A stretch of DNA of 64,000 nucleotides from Nitrospirota bacterium (lineage in GTDB: Bacteria; Nitrospirota; UBA9217): positions 288,001 to 352,000 of the forward strand of contig CAVVUN010000001.1 in assembly GCA_963751455.1 (NCBI GenBank), written 5' to 3'. Below the pieces are notes generated by a model. It was not told where the DNA came from. It ran no database searches and saw only the letters and a program-made list of their open reading frames with translations. Positions 49,025 to 58,822 of the stretch are shown one piece after another. The position numbers and the translations under genes were made by a program. Each line of letters begins with the position of its first letter. Position 1 is the first letter of the stretch.

Positions 49025-50239
49025 CTATTTAACCGAACATTCTTCGGGCAGATTTTTCATCAGCGGTCGAAGGGCAAGCGGAGCGAGCAGCGTAGTGACG
49101 GCCACGACAAATACGATTACTGCATACAGAGAATCGTCGAATATGCCGTTCCGCTTCCCCACTTCTGCGAAGATGAGTCCCACCTCGCCCCTCGGCACCA
49201 TAGCCATGCCGGTTGATATTTTGCAATCCCATCCGCCCTTGACCCACAGTCCGCTTGCCATCTTTGATAAAACGGCGACGACCGATAGTGTTCCCGCGAA
49301 CAGCCAGAACGATCCGGAGGTAAAATCAATCACCCGCAAATTGAGCGATACGCCGACCATGACGAAGAACACAGGAACAAAAAGATCGATGATGGGGGTC
49401 ATTGCCTGTTCTATCTTTTCGGCTAGTTCACGGCTGTAGTGTTCTATGGTTTTTCCGAGTGGCAGGAAGAAACGACGCGCCAGCGCTACGCCTGCGGCAA
49501 AAGCTCCGATGATCTCCGGCGCGCCCACCTTGTGGGAAATGACGGCCAGCACAAGGATCATCGAAATGATGAGCGTCGGTATCATGCCCTTCGTCCTGCT
49601 CTTCGCGGAGAGCTGCGCCATCATGGGCACGAACATTTTTGCGATCACCGGTGCGACAAGCAGGAATGCCGTGATAAACACGATGATCTGTATTGTGTCC
49701 GTTATGCTGACCGTTCCCTTCACCGCGAAGTCATAGAGCACGGCCAGGATGACGACACCGATAATGTCATCGAGGACCGCCGCGCCGAGCACGATCTGGG
49801 AAATGATTGTGGTCTGTTTTTTGATGTCAGCGAGGACCCGTACGGTAATGCCGATGCTGGTTGCAACAACGGTCCCCCCGACAAACAGCGAAGGCAGCAG
49901 CGCGAGGTCGAAGATCCCATAAGCGACATAAAAGCCGAAGAGTGCGGGCACTACAACGCCGGTACCAGCAACCAGCAGGGACTGGGCGCCGACCTTGATG
50001 ATTCTTCCCACATCCGTTTCGAGCCCAACCTCGAACAACAGCAGTAAAATTCCGATCTCGGCAAGGAGGTGGAATGTCGCTTCGGGTTCAAGGAAACCGA
50101 GAATGCTCGGCCCGATCACCACTCCGGCAAAAACCTCACCCAGCACCGGCGGCATATTCAATAATGCGAACAACTCGGCAAAGAGCTTTGCCGAGAGCAG
50201 GATGACCATAAGTTTGAGAAAAAAATCGGCGGCGTCCAT
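49025..50239 (-). CDS. cation:proton antiporter, CPA2 (NapA-like)
   Basis: LFEVGLE, ATSIGIT, AAVLDDI, MVPRGEVG. Confidence 0.9.
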   Translation of the reverse strand: MDAADFFLKLMVILLSAKLFAELFALLNMPPVLGEVFAGVVIGPSILGFLEPEATFHLLAEIGILLLLFEVGLETDVGRIIKVGAQSLLVAGTGVVVPALFGFYVAYGIFDLALLPSLFVGGTVVATSIGITVRVLADIKKQTTIISQIVLGAAVLDDIIGVVILAVLYDFAVKGTVSITDTIQIIVFITAFLLVAPVIAKMFVPMMAQLSAKSRTKGMIPTLIISMILVLAVISHKVGAPEIIGAFAAGVALARRFFLPLGKTIEHYSRELAEKIEQAMTPIIDLFVPVFFVMVGVSLNLRVIDFTSGSFWLFAGTLSVVAVLSKMASGLWVKGGWDCKISTGMAMVPRGEVGLIFAEVGKRNGIFDDSLYAVIVFVVAVTTLLAPLALRPLMKNLPEECSVK

Positions 50240-50466
50240 GAATGCTCTCAGAAAAATAAAGGCCGGTAAAATGGATTACCAGCCTACATATCCTTATCAT
50301 CACCGGAAACATCAGGCGGCAAAAATAAGATTACGATTGCAAACTAAATATGAGCGTCAAAATCCGCGACAAAAACCAATACTAATGAGAATACCTCACA
50401 TTCCCAATAAAGGCAAGAAAGCCGCTCCGGAGAAGACACCATCAGAGCAGCCTCTTTCTCCCGCTT

Positions 50467-51306
50467 TTACGGCAAAGAATACCGTATGTCGGTGACCTTG
50501 AACCGCGCGTATGAAAATGTTCTGCCGTCTATCATCCAATCCGTTTCGATCTCTGTAGGGATCTTCATGCCCTCAACCTCCTGATACCCCCGGTAATGCG
50601 CTGCCCACGGCTGCCGTTCTTTTTTACCACGGACGTTCCTGTAGCGATCCTCGGTCGTAACTGTAATTATCTCTCCCGCAGCGCTAAACGTGAAGACGGC
50701 TGAAACCCTGTAACCGTAGCCGTGCAGCACAGCCCGTGCCCTCCTTGCATCTATGGCCTGCCACTCTATATCTCCGCCCGGCAGCAGGACGGTCGGAATC
50801 CAGGGAGCCTCGGCCAGATACTGGACCAGTGCGGAAACATCGGTTTCCTTACCAGCTGCAAAAGACAGCGGAAACGCGGCAAAGAGGCGGTTTATTGTAT
50901 CCCCGGTACCTTCGAATAAAAGGTCTCGCGCCTCGGTCCAGATATAAGGCAGAGGCTGCAATCGCCCATGCCAGACGAACGAGGGTTTAGACGCGGACAT
51001 GTGCTGAACCGCATTGAATGGTACCCAGTTGTCGGTCTCGTCCATCCTGAAGACGCCTTCCTGCTTCAGCATAACGAATGCGGGCCGTTTCTGTCCGTTC
51101 CGGAGGGTGTACATGAAATATCTCTGCACGGGTTTCGGAAGATCCCTCAAGTTCTTAAATTCAACGCTTTTGTGCTCATGCTTTGCCGCTGCTCGCACGC
51201 GCTGTTCGTCCTGGCTTACCCGCTTCCGGAACTTGTTTCCGCTCACGTCCACGAAAAGCAGCCCGGTAATTGCAATAACAATGAGAAATGCTATTTTTTT
51301 ACTCAT
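50467..51306 (-). CDS. DUF6544-like protein
   Basis: LPKPVQRY, FVW, YLAEAPWIPT, IEWQAID, IPTEIE.W; N-terminal TM segment. Confidence 0.65.
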   Translation of the reverse strand: MSKKIAFLIVIAITGLLFVDVSGNKFRKRVSQDEQRVRAAAKHEHKSVEFKNLRDLPKPVQRYFMYTLRNGQKRPAFVMLKQEGVFRMDETDNWVPFNAVQHMSASKPSFVWHGRLQPLPYIWTEARDLLFEGTGDTINRLFAAFPLSFAAGKETDVSALVQYLAEAPWIPTVLLPGGDIEWQAIDARRARAVLHGYGYRVSAVFTFSAAGEIITVTTEDRYRNVRGKKERQPWAAHYRGYQEVEGMKIPTEIETDWMIDGRTFSYARFKVTDIRYSLP

Positions 51307-51350
51307 TCTTTCACTCCTCCTGAAGAACACTCATGGAATCAATCCGCGCA

Positions 51351-52721
51351 TCAGAACACATAGTACCGTATCCAGACATAAATGGATGCGAGTACAACGG
51401 TAAGAAGCATGACGGGCGTTCCATACGCCATGAATTTGAGAAAGGAAATCTTTTTTCCGGCTTTTTCCGACATTCCGATAACGATGACGTTTGCAGACGC
51501 TCCTACCGCTGTCGCATTCCCCCCAAGACATGCGCCGAGGGCGAGCGACCACCAGAGCGGCATGAGGTCCGGATGATGAAGCAGCTCTGTTCCTGACAGG
51601 TCGGGCCAGAGCTGTCGTGCCATATCAAGTATCAACGGGTTCATGGTGGCCACGTAAGGGATGTTGTCGACCACGGCCGATGCAACCGCGGAAAACCACA
51701 TTACAATCATTGAGGTCGCAAACATATTTCCCTGCGTCAACTGCAGGATCTCGAGCGACATGCGCTTGATAAGTCCTACCTTCACGACGCCGCCCACGAT
51801 GATAAAAAGGCCCATGAAAAAGAAGATGGTAGGCCATTCTATTTCTGCCAGGATATGATGCGGCTCATGCGTTTTGGAAAGCAGAAGCAGAAGTCCAGCC
51901 CCGAAGAGGGCGACCGTGGCAGGTTGAAGATGCAGGACGCTGTGGAATACAAAACCCGTCAGAACCAGGGCAAGTACAAAAAGCGACTTTTTCAGCATAG
52001 CCGGGTTCTTGATCGCCTGGCGCTCGTCCATTGCCATGATCCTCTCTTTGAGCTCATCCCTTGCCACGAGCGTTCTTCCCCACAGGAATTTGATAACGAT
52101 GAGATACACGACCATCAGGATCAGGACGATGGGCGCCAGATGCACGATGAAATCCATGAAGCTGAGCTGCGCCTTTGATGCAATCATGAGGTTCGGCGGA
52201 TCACCGATCAGCGTGGCGGTGCCGCCGATGTTCGAGGCAAGGACGGATGAGATAAGATACGGTATCGGATCAACCTCAAGGGCCTCGGCAATCAGCATGA
52301 CTGCAGGGGTAATCAGCAGGACTATCGTGACGTTGTCGAGAAGCGCGCTCAAAACAGCGGTTACCACTGCAAAAATCGCCATTATCCTGAACGGCTTGCC
52401 CTTCCCCAACTTCGCCGACTTGATCGCAATATATTCGAACACCCCCGTCGGTTTCATCAGGTTGATGATAACCATCATCGAGATCAGCAGGATGATCACG
52501 TTCCAGTCCACACCCAGTTCTTCCACATGAAAAGCTTCGTGCTGCTCGACGATCCTCAGCACGAGCATGAGCGCTGCGGCAAAGAGCGCAACCACGGTCT
52601 TATGCAGCTTCTCGCTCACGATCAACGCATACGAGACGAGGAATATCGTCGTGGCGATCCAGAACGGAATGTCCATTACAAAGCTTTGCGCCCTGGAAAG
52701 CGTATCAAAAGTCATGAACAC
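51351..52721 (-). CDS. ArsB/NhaD/SLC13-family permease
   Basis: LDNVT, SNIGGTATLIGDPPN, DNIP, GACLGGNATAVGASAN. Confidence 0.9.
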   Translation of the reverse strand: MFMTFDTLSRAQSFVMDIPFWIATTIFLVSYALIVSEKLHKTVVALFAAALMLVLRIVEQHEAFHVEELGVDWNVIILLISMMVIINLMKPTGVFEYIAIKSAKLGKGKPFRIMAIFAVVTAVLSALLDNVTIVLLITPAVMLIAEALEVDPIPYLISSVLASNIGGTATLIGDPPNLMIASKAQLSFMDFIVHLAPIVLILMVVYLIVIKFLWGRTLVARDELKERIMAMDERQAIKNPAMLKKSLFVLALVLTGFVFHSVLHLQPATVALFGAGLLLLLSKTHEPHHILAEIEWPTIFFFMGLFIIVGGVVKVGLIKRMSLEILQLTQGNMFATSMIVMWFSAVASAVVDNIPYVATMNPLILDMARQLWPDLSGTELLHHPDLMPLWWSLALGACLGGNATAVGASANVIVIGMSEKAGKKISFLKFMAYGTPVMLLTVVLASIYVWIRYYVF

Positions 52722-53203
52722 CCCTCCTGTTCACCCTTCCGGAGGATGGTGCGCGCTATTTCATAAAACACATCGCGCTCGTAAAGCATACCGGCTACGC
52801 TATTACGTTCGGTCAGGACGGGCACCCTTTTTACGTTGTTCTTCAGCATATGATCTATGCACTCCATCAGCGTTGCATCCTCTTTTACCGTGATCACAGG
52901 GCTGGTCATGCATTCCTTGACCTTCCGGTCGGCCATTTTCTTTGCGAACGACTCCACCATTCCATCCCACGTAAATTCGCCAAGGTCCATAAGGTAAAGA
53001 TATTTGGGATACACCGCCTTCAGAATATCGCCTATCGAGATAATACCTACGAGTTCTCCCTGCGCATCGAGCACCGGCAGCGCGCTGACCCCCTGCCGGT
53101 CTTCGGCCCTTCGTGCAATCCTGAGCAGGCATGTCGCTTCTTTCAGGCTGGCCTCAGGCGTTAAATAATCAACCAGGGGCTCCATTAAATCTTTTGCTTT
53201 CAT
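52712..53203 (-). CDS. CBS domain pair protein
   Basis: AKDLM..LPVLD..GIISIGD; VKECM..VPV..GMLYERD. Confidence 0.9.
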   Translation of the reverse strand: MKAKDLMEPLVDYLTPEASLKEATCLLRIARRAEDRQGVSALPVLDAQGELVGIISIGDILKAVYPKYLYLMDLGEFTWDGMVESFAKKMADRKVKECMTSPVITVKEDATLMECIDHMLKNNVKRVPVLTERNSVAGMLYERDVFYEIARTILRKGEQEGCS

Positions 53204-53539
53204 GATGATTCTCCGCGCGGCAGCCCGGCCTGCCTGCCGACGCCGCAGTGTTGACTGAAACTTATTTGGCTGCATGACCGGATAACGATCGTGAGAGACC
53301 GGTATACAGTGTTAGATAGTATTTTAGTCAGCAATTGATCGCAAGTCGCACAGAAGCACGAAAAGACAGACGCAAAATCTCATAATCGTTCGAGCGATAA
53401 TGAGATTCACCTCAGAAACAGACGCGCCGTAACATCGATGGCCGCGTATAATTGCAAAACACAGCCCTGCCAGCCGCTGTTTTGATTATAGACTGAGATC
53501 GGCGATTCGTGCTTTTTTGCGATGTTCTTTTAAAGAAGG

Positions 53540-53953
53540 CTATACGAGCGGAGGAGAAAGGCCTGAGTGGCTAAATCGGGGGTTATTACTGGAGTGAACG
53601 GGTATCGCCAGCGTTCCCCGGGTGATGTCCTCGAGAAACTGTGGAGCCTGGATAATACCTGAGGCAATCGTGTATCCCTCGGGAGCGGTAGCACCGGTGC
53701 TGTCTTTTTGTATGGTAGCGTACTTGTCGAGAAGCTCATCATTGCGCTTTGCCCTGTTGAGTATCTCCCAGATGGCAAGGTCGATCAGCATCAGGTTATT
53801 CTGATTGCACGGTTTGTACGGAGCTAATCGATCTTCAGCCGGTCTGGACAGGAACGCAGAAGGCAATATAGCTGATACCGGCGGAACAACAAAACCGATA
53901 AAATAAAAAAGCAATAGATACGAGAGGGTAAGATGCAACCGCGAACGTTTCAT
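53540..53953 (-). CDS. hypothetical protein with N-terminal TM/signal segment and C-terminal SGLSPPLV
   Basis: 137-aa ORF; ATG lies 6 nt after a TGgTATAGT -10 box, no SD. Confidence 0.55.
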   Translation of the reverse strand: MKRSRLHLTLSYLLLFYFIGFVVPPVSAILPSAFLSRPAEDRLAPYKPCNQNNLMLIDLAIWEILNRAKRNDELLDKYATIQKDSTGATAPEGYTIASGIIQAPQFLEDITRGTLAIPVHSSNNPRFSHSGLSPPLV

Positions 53954-54008
53954 TTTCGTACTATACCAGCAGTTATCCATAAAAACAAACAATTTTTTGA
54001 GCGCAGTA

Positions 54009-55292
54009 TCATGTTCGCAGGGCCGCAACCGACCGGCGCTCTTGACCGGCATCGGAGGTCTCAACCAGTAGCCCCAGTTTCCGGGCCAGCATCTTGGTTG
54101 TGGTTGCCTGGATAAGTATGGTCATAAGAACTGCGAGAAACGTAATGGAAGATATCATCTTGGCTCCCGGCGCATTCATGCCGGCGAGCAAACCGGCAAG
54201 CGCAGCCGGGATGACCCCTGTTTCCCGGGTCCAGCACATGAAGAGCAGTTCATTCAGGCTCCACTTGGCACGGCGGTCCGGCAGCGCGCACAGGAACACG
54301 GTTACCGGTCTTGCAACCAGCATAAAGACGGTGACGATCACGACCCCGCCCGCAAGATATTGGTTCATGAGGCCAAGATCCACCTGGGACCCGAGCAGGA
54401 TGAAGATGAACATACGCATGAGAAATGCCGTGGTGAGCACATACTCCTCAAGTTTCTCCTCTTCACGGTCCTCCATGCGAAACCCGAACGCGTCCTTATT
54501 CCCCAATACGATCCCGAACACAAACACTGCCATGAACCCGCTGGCGTGGAGGCCATCGGCCCCAAGATAGGACCCGATTACGGCCATCAGCGTGACCACC
54601 GGGGCATATTCAGCGAGAAAATCATATTTTTCATGGGCAATGAGCCACGCCGCTCCATACCCAGCCAAGCCGCCGATCAGGATACCGAGGCAGGCCTCTT
54701 TAAGAAGGTCGAACAGGGAATTTTTAATCGAAAATTCACCGGTGCCCATGGCGACCGCCAGGATTGCGAACGTGACAATCGCACCCATTGCGTCGTTGAA
54801 GGCAGACTCGCTCAGTACCGTCTGAGCTACCCGGTCTTTGATCTTGACCTGTTTGAAAATAGGTACAAGCGTGGCGGGATCGGTAGATGCAATGGTGGCG
54901 CCGAGCAGCAGCGCGACGATAAACGGAACCTTGAGAACATAAAATGCCGTAATGCCGGTGATCACAGTCATGATAAGGATGCCGGCGGTTGCAATCACCA
55001 CTATCGTGATCCAGACCTGTTTGAGCACGTTCAGCCGAAGCGTGGCACCGCCGTCGAAGAGAATATAACAGGAGCCGAAGATGAGGATGAGTTGGTTCAA
55101 GGTGGATTCTGCCTTGATATCGATCAGTCCGACCAGCTGCGGTCCAAGTATTATGCCGGCAAGCAGGAACATGACTACGTCCGGCACTTTTACTCGCTGG
55201 GCCAGAAAACCGCATACCGCCCCTATCGCAATTATTATGCCTGCAGACAACAGGACATGCTTAGCGATTTCGATGGATGCTGATGATTCCAT
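54009..55292 (-). CDS. cation:proton antiporter, CPA1 (NhaP-like)
   Basis: ILFDGG, ASTDPA, ESAFND, RETGVIPAA; GAGG RBS. Confidence 0.9.
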   Translation of the reverse strand: MESSASIEIAKHVLLSAGIIIAIGAVCGFLAQRVKVPDVVMFLLAGIILGPQLVGLIDIKAESTLNQLILIFGSCYILFDGGATLRLNVLKQVWITIVVIATAGILIMTVITGITAFYVLKVPFIVALLLGATIASTDPATLVPIFKQVKIKDRVAQTVLSESAFNDAMGAIVTFAILAVAMGTGEFSIKNSLFDLLKEACLGILIGGLAGYGAAWLIAHEKYDFLAEYAPVVTLMAVIGSYLGADGLHASGFMAVFVFGIVLGNKDAFGFRMEDREEEKLEEYVLTTAFLMRMFIFILLGSQVDLGLMNQYLAGGVVIVTVFMLVARPVTVFLCALPDRRAKWSLNELLFMCWTRETGVIPAALAGLLAGMNAPGAKMISSITFLAVLMTILIQATTTKMLARKLGLLVETSDAGQERRSVAALRT

Positions 55293-55396
55293 AATTCACC
55301 TCTCAGGATGGTTCTTTGCCGCGCATCTGATTACAATGCCGACAGTGATACGCGATGTAGACAAATTGATTGCTTGCCGTTGTTCAACGGGCAGCA

Positions 55397-55422
55397 AAAG
55401 GGCGGCCACAAGAGCCGCCCCC
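55397..55422 (-). terminator. intrinsic terminator-like hairpin
   Basis: GGGGCGGC-TCTTGTG-GCCGCCC followed by TTTT on the minus strand. Confidence 0.55.
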
Positions 55423-55450
55423 GGCCAGTTTCTTTATCAAGAGAATTTCT

Positions 55451-55876
55451 TTACTCGAGGACGTGGATGATCTCGACCACATCCTTTCGGAGTCCGTCCG
55501 ATGGATGCACGGTCACTTTTTTTCCGGCAATCGTGGCCGAAAACCTTGGCTCTTCCATGTACTTTTCATACGCTTCGCCCAGTTTCAGCGACATATTCTG
55601 GAGCTTTTTGGTCGACAAACCTTTGTCCTTGGCCAGGCTTTTGAGATTGTGCTCTTTCCCGTCGTGAAACCAGGCCATGCCGAACATCGCGGGCGGCTTG
55701 CCTATGAAACAGTAGACAGCTTCATCCGCCGGGACAAACTCCAACCGGTCGTTCATCTTGGAAACAAAGGCTTCCAGTTCCGTATTAAACTTGGCCAGAC
55801 GTTTTGCCGCAGGACTTGATGTATCCAGGGACTGCAATTCTTCTTCCTTGCCGAAAAGCTTTCCAAAGAAACCCAT
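55451..55876 (-). CDS. hypothetical protein
   Basis: GGAGG RBS; MGFFGKLFG amphipathic N-terminus. Confidence 0.8.
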   Translation of the reverse strand: MGFFGKLFGKEEELQSLDTSSPAAKRLAKFNTELEAFVSKMNDRLEFVPADEAVYCFIGKPPAMFGMAWFHDGKEHNLKSLAKDKGLSTKKLQNMSLKLGEAYEKYMEEPRFSATIAGKKVTVHPSDGLRKDVVEIIHVLE

Positions 55877-55936
55877 AGCCGTACCTCCCAGTGTAATATG
55901 TGACTGCGAAACAGCCAGGCAAATTTATTGACCGTG

Positions 55937-56052
55937 AAAAACAAAAAAGCCGGCAGCGATGCACCCGCATCGTCAACCAGCCTCCTCTCCCGTTCAGAAT
56001 CTACGGGCGCGTCAGACCGCAAAATTGTAATTTTAAGTTAGCGTCATCCTAC
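55937..56052 (-). ncRNA. candidate riboswitch/attenuator leader ending in an intrinsic terminator
   Basis: Starts just after a sigma70 promoter; hairpin at 55989-56007; terminator stem and U-tract at 55937-55982, upstream of the first RBS. Confidence 0.55.
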
Positions 56053-56058
56053 ATGCGT

Positions 56059-56087
56059 ACTATAGCATGACTTTGACAGAAAGTAAA
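56059..56087 (-). promoter_or_regulatory. sigma70-type promoter TTTACT-N17-TATAGT with extended TG
   Basis: Consensus match and 17-nt spacing. Confidence 0.6.
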
Positions 56088-56181
56088 CTTTAGTGCAATA
56101 TTTTTTGAACAGGTTAAAATTGTAGCTATAGATGGTTGATTCTGTTTGACGCTGCTTCACGTAAGGGAGTGACAAATTGCG

Positions 56182-56216
56182 AAAAAAAAGACCGCCAAAT
56201 GGCGGCCTTTCTCTTT
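56182..56216 (-). terminator. intrinsic terminator after the DUF1634-like gene
   Basis: GC-rich stem (CCGCCA/TGGCGG) with A8 tract (U-tract on minus strand). Confidence 0.7.
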
Positions 56217-56240
56217 AATAATCCAAGTTGTGTGGTCTAA

Positions 56241-56660
56241 TCAATGCCCGCCGACTTTCAAAAGTCCGCTGGCAGCAAGCGACAGCACCAACACCTCAAC
56301 GATTGCAATAACCACATATGCCGTGTCCTTCTTCCTGATCAGTATCGGCAGAATCACCAAGTAACAAAGGATGGTAAGGCCGGAGAGAATGGCAATGCCG
56401 ACAAAATTCAGATAATCTCCGTTGCCGATCAGCGGCGCCCAGCCCCACCCGGTCGGGGCATTAAGCACGTGGTTGAAATCATGCACCCTCATCGTCCAGT
56501 ACTTCGGCAGATCATCGATCGGGACAAAGGTGGGAAGTATACCTGATATGTATACAAAAAATGTTATAATCAGCAGGGCGAGTCCGAACCACATCCCGAT
56601 ATTAAGGACGCCCGCGTATGCTATCTGCTCTTCCGATGCTTTGGTCTTTTCGTTCGTCAT
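56241..56660 (-). CDS. DUF1634-like membrane protein
   Basis: 3-TM protein directly downstream of TSUP; PTGWGW..GDYLNF.GI. Confidence 0.7.
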   Translation of the reverse strand: MTNEKTKASEEQIAYAGVLNIGMWFGLALLIITFFVYISGILPTFVPIDDLPKYWTMRVHDFNHVLNAPTGWGWAPLIGNGDYLNFVGIAILSGLTILCYLVILPILIRKKDTAYVVIAIVEVLVLSLAASGLLKVGGH

Positions 56661-56672
56661 TTTATGTTCCCC

Positions 56673-57695
56673 CTAATTCCAGATTCCGAGGCCCTTCAGA
56701 AGGGACCTGAGTCCTGCAAAGAGCAGGAGGCCGATAACCATCCACTTGATGGCTTTGGGTTTCGACTTGGCAAGGATCTTCACGCCCACCATCGAGCCGA
56801 GCATGATGCCCACAAGCGACGGCACCACGATCATCGGCAGCACCGCGCCCTGATTGAGGTATACCCACGCGGCCGACGTATCGGTGATCGACAGCAGGAA
56901 CTTGCTCGTGGCCACCGATACCTTGAGCGGCGCGCCCATCAAAAGGTTCAGGACTGGAACGTTGGCCCAGCCTGCTCCGAGACCGAACATGCCGGCCATG
57001 ATGCCGATAATAACGAACAGGGCCAGCCCGAACGGTGTTTTGTGCACATTCCATTCAACGTCCTTGCCGAGCGACTCTTCCCGGTAGATGCCCATTATAC
57101 CGAGGCTCTGGGACAGCGCATCCGGCTTCGGCACCACCGGAAAGTCGGACTTCTTCGCAGTTGCCATGATAGCCACGATAAAAAGGATGGTGGCTCCAAG
57201 AAGCGTATTGACTACATTCGGCTTGAGCGCAAGACCGATCATTGCGCCCACGATCGCTGCTGAGGACGCAATGAGCGCCACCGGCAAGGCAAGACGAAGG
57301 CTGGCAAGATTTCTTTTGAGAAGGCCCGGTCCTGCAGCGAGGGCGCCCGCAAGCGCCACGAGCAGGCCTGCGCCTCTTACGAAATCGATGTTGAAGGGAA
57401 AAAATCCGCCGACGATCGGCACGAACAGCACTCCGCCCCCTACGCCGCCGAGCACGGCAAGAATGCCAAGAATGAAGGTAACAATGAATAACGAAAGCGG
57501 CCAGATCCACCACGGCGTTGTCGAAGCGGGAACTGCTGAAGCGGCATGACCCTCGTGCCCGGGTGCGGTTGTCGTAGCTTCCGAGGCAGGGGCTGAACCA
57601 TGCGGATCATGCTGAGCAAAAGCAGCGCCTGCGGATGCAAGCATGATTGCGATAATCAAAATCATGATAATAACATTGGAATAACGATAACACAT
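56673..57695 (-). CDS. sulfite exporter TauE/SafE (TSUP) family protein
   Basis: GGVGGGVLFVP and GLGAGWANVP repeats, ATSKF; His-containing N-terminal extension. Confidence 0.88.
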   Translation of the reverse strand: MCYRYSNVIIMILIIAIMLASAGAAFAQHDPHGSAPASEATTTAPGHEGHAASAVPASTTPWWIWPLSLFIVTFILGILAVLGGVGGGVLFVPIVGGFFPFNIDFVRGAGLLVALAGALAAGPGLLKRNLASLRLALPVALIASSAAIVGAMIGLALKPNVVNTLLGATILFIVAIMATAKKSDFPVVPKPDALSQSLGIMGIYREESLGKDVEWNVHKTPFGLALFVIIGIMAGMFGLGAGWANVPVLNLLMGAPLKVSVATSKFLLSITDTSAAWVYLNQGAVLPMIVVPSLVGIMLGSMVGVKILAKSKPKAIKWMVIGLLLFAGLRSLLKGLGIWN

Positions 57696-58013
57696 CTTTT
57701 ATTCTTCCCCCCCTTTTCGATTTTTTCGCTGTGCAGACTCGTCAGCGCTATTGCATTCTGCAATTATACTGTTTCATTTTTATACGGGTGGTTATGTTAT
57801 TATAATGATCGAGAAGTTGTCAAGCAAAATGTCCATAAAATCATTTCGAATGTTCTATAAGTATCGCTTATAAAAGGGCTTCGCCCATTCTTTCAGTTTG
57901 AAGATAAAAAAGGTATTTCAACTGCTGGATCGTTTGATTTTGAGACGACGGTCATCACGTTGAGAAGTGAAAAAAGAGAAGGCATATACGATCAGAGAAA
58001 GGATCGGACTACA

Positions 58014-58547
58014 CTATCGCAGAACTTCCGCTGCAGTGTTTACCGAAGGGTTCTTCAGCCATGCAGCTACATCTTTACCGAGGTTTTTAGCGCATTGTTC
58101 CAGCATCGCGCAGGTGCCGCGATAGCTGCCCCATGCCGCGGTTCCTGCCACACGGGTCGCCCTGAACGTTCCCATGATCCTGCCGTTCTGCCGCAATGTA
58201 CAATCTATCGTGAGATGCTTGGGGCCGCTCCAGACTCCCCCTGCGGACCCCGAAAGGTCGCTGATGGTAACAGCCAGTGCCTTCCCCGGAGTACTCGAAG
58301 AGATGCTGTCCACGAAATCTATTTTATCGAAATCGTGTCTGGCAAATGATTCAATCGATTCGACAACAGTCGTTTCTAATTCGCATTCGTCTTTGACGGT
58401 ACCGGGAATGGATAATCCTTTTTCGAAAGATGCTTTCTTCTGCAAGGTGAGATTGCCGGAATCACCGGCATGAAGGGAATGCCCGAAGGCCGGCAGTATG
58501 ACGAGCGCAATGCAGATCAAAATTACTCTGCATAATGATAACATCAT
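58014..58547 (-). CDS. hypothetical exported protein
   Basis: GGAGG RBS, signal peptide, GGVWSGPK, three Cys in the mature part. Confidence 0.7.
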   Translation of the reverse strand: MMLSLCRVILICIALVILPAFGHSLHAGDSGNLTLQKKASFEKGLSIPGTVKDECELETTVVESIESFARHDFDKIDFVDSISSSTPGKALAVTISDLSGSAGGVWSGPKHLTIDCTLRQNGRIMGTFRATRVAGTAAWGSYRGTCAMLEQCAKNLGKDVAAWLKNPSVNTAAEVLR

Positions 58548-58822
58548 GGCAACCTCCCTGTTCGACTTCAAAACCTGTCCTGAGGAGCTTGATGTTCCGG
58601 CGGAGAAACCGCAAACTAAATGCAAACTTGTGTATCGTAGTATAGCTCATCGGCATTGTCAAGGTCATTCTTATTCATATAATATGTTTGGAAGGCTGGT
58701 GAGTCCGGAGCGGCTAAACCCGAGGAGAAAATGTAAGAATCCAATCCGACGACAGTTACTCTCAGCTCGTGCGTGAGATGATCGAAGCAGTTTGTCCTGC
58801 TCCTTTAAATGCCCCGCATCTG

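Noticed and set aside
55937-56052. Fluoride, c-di-AMP (ydaO) or c-di-GMP riboswitch identity for the leader
   Set aside because: Their hallmark conserved segments were not found by eye; left as an unassigned candidate
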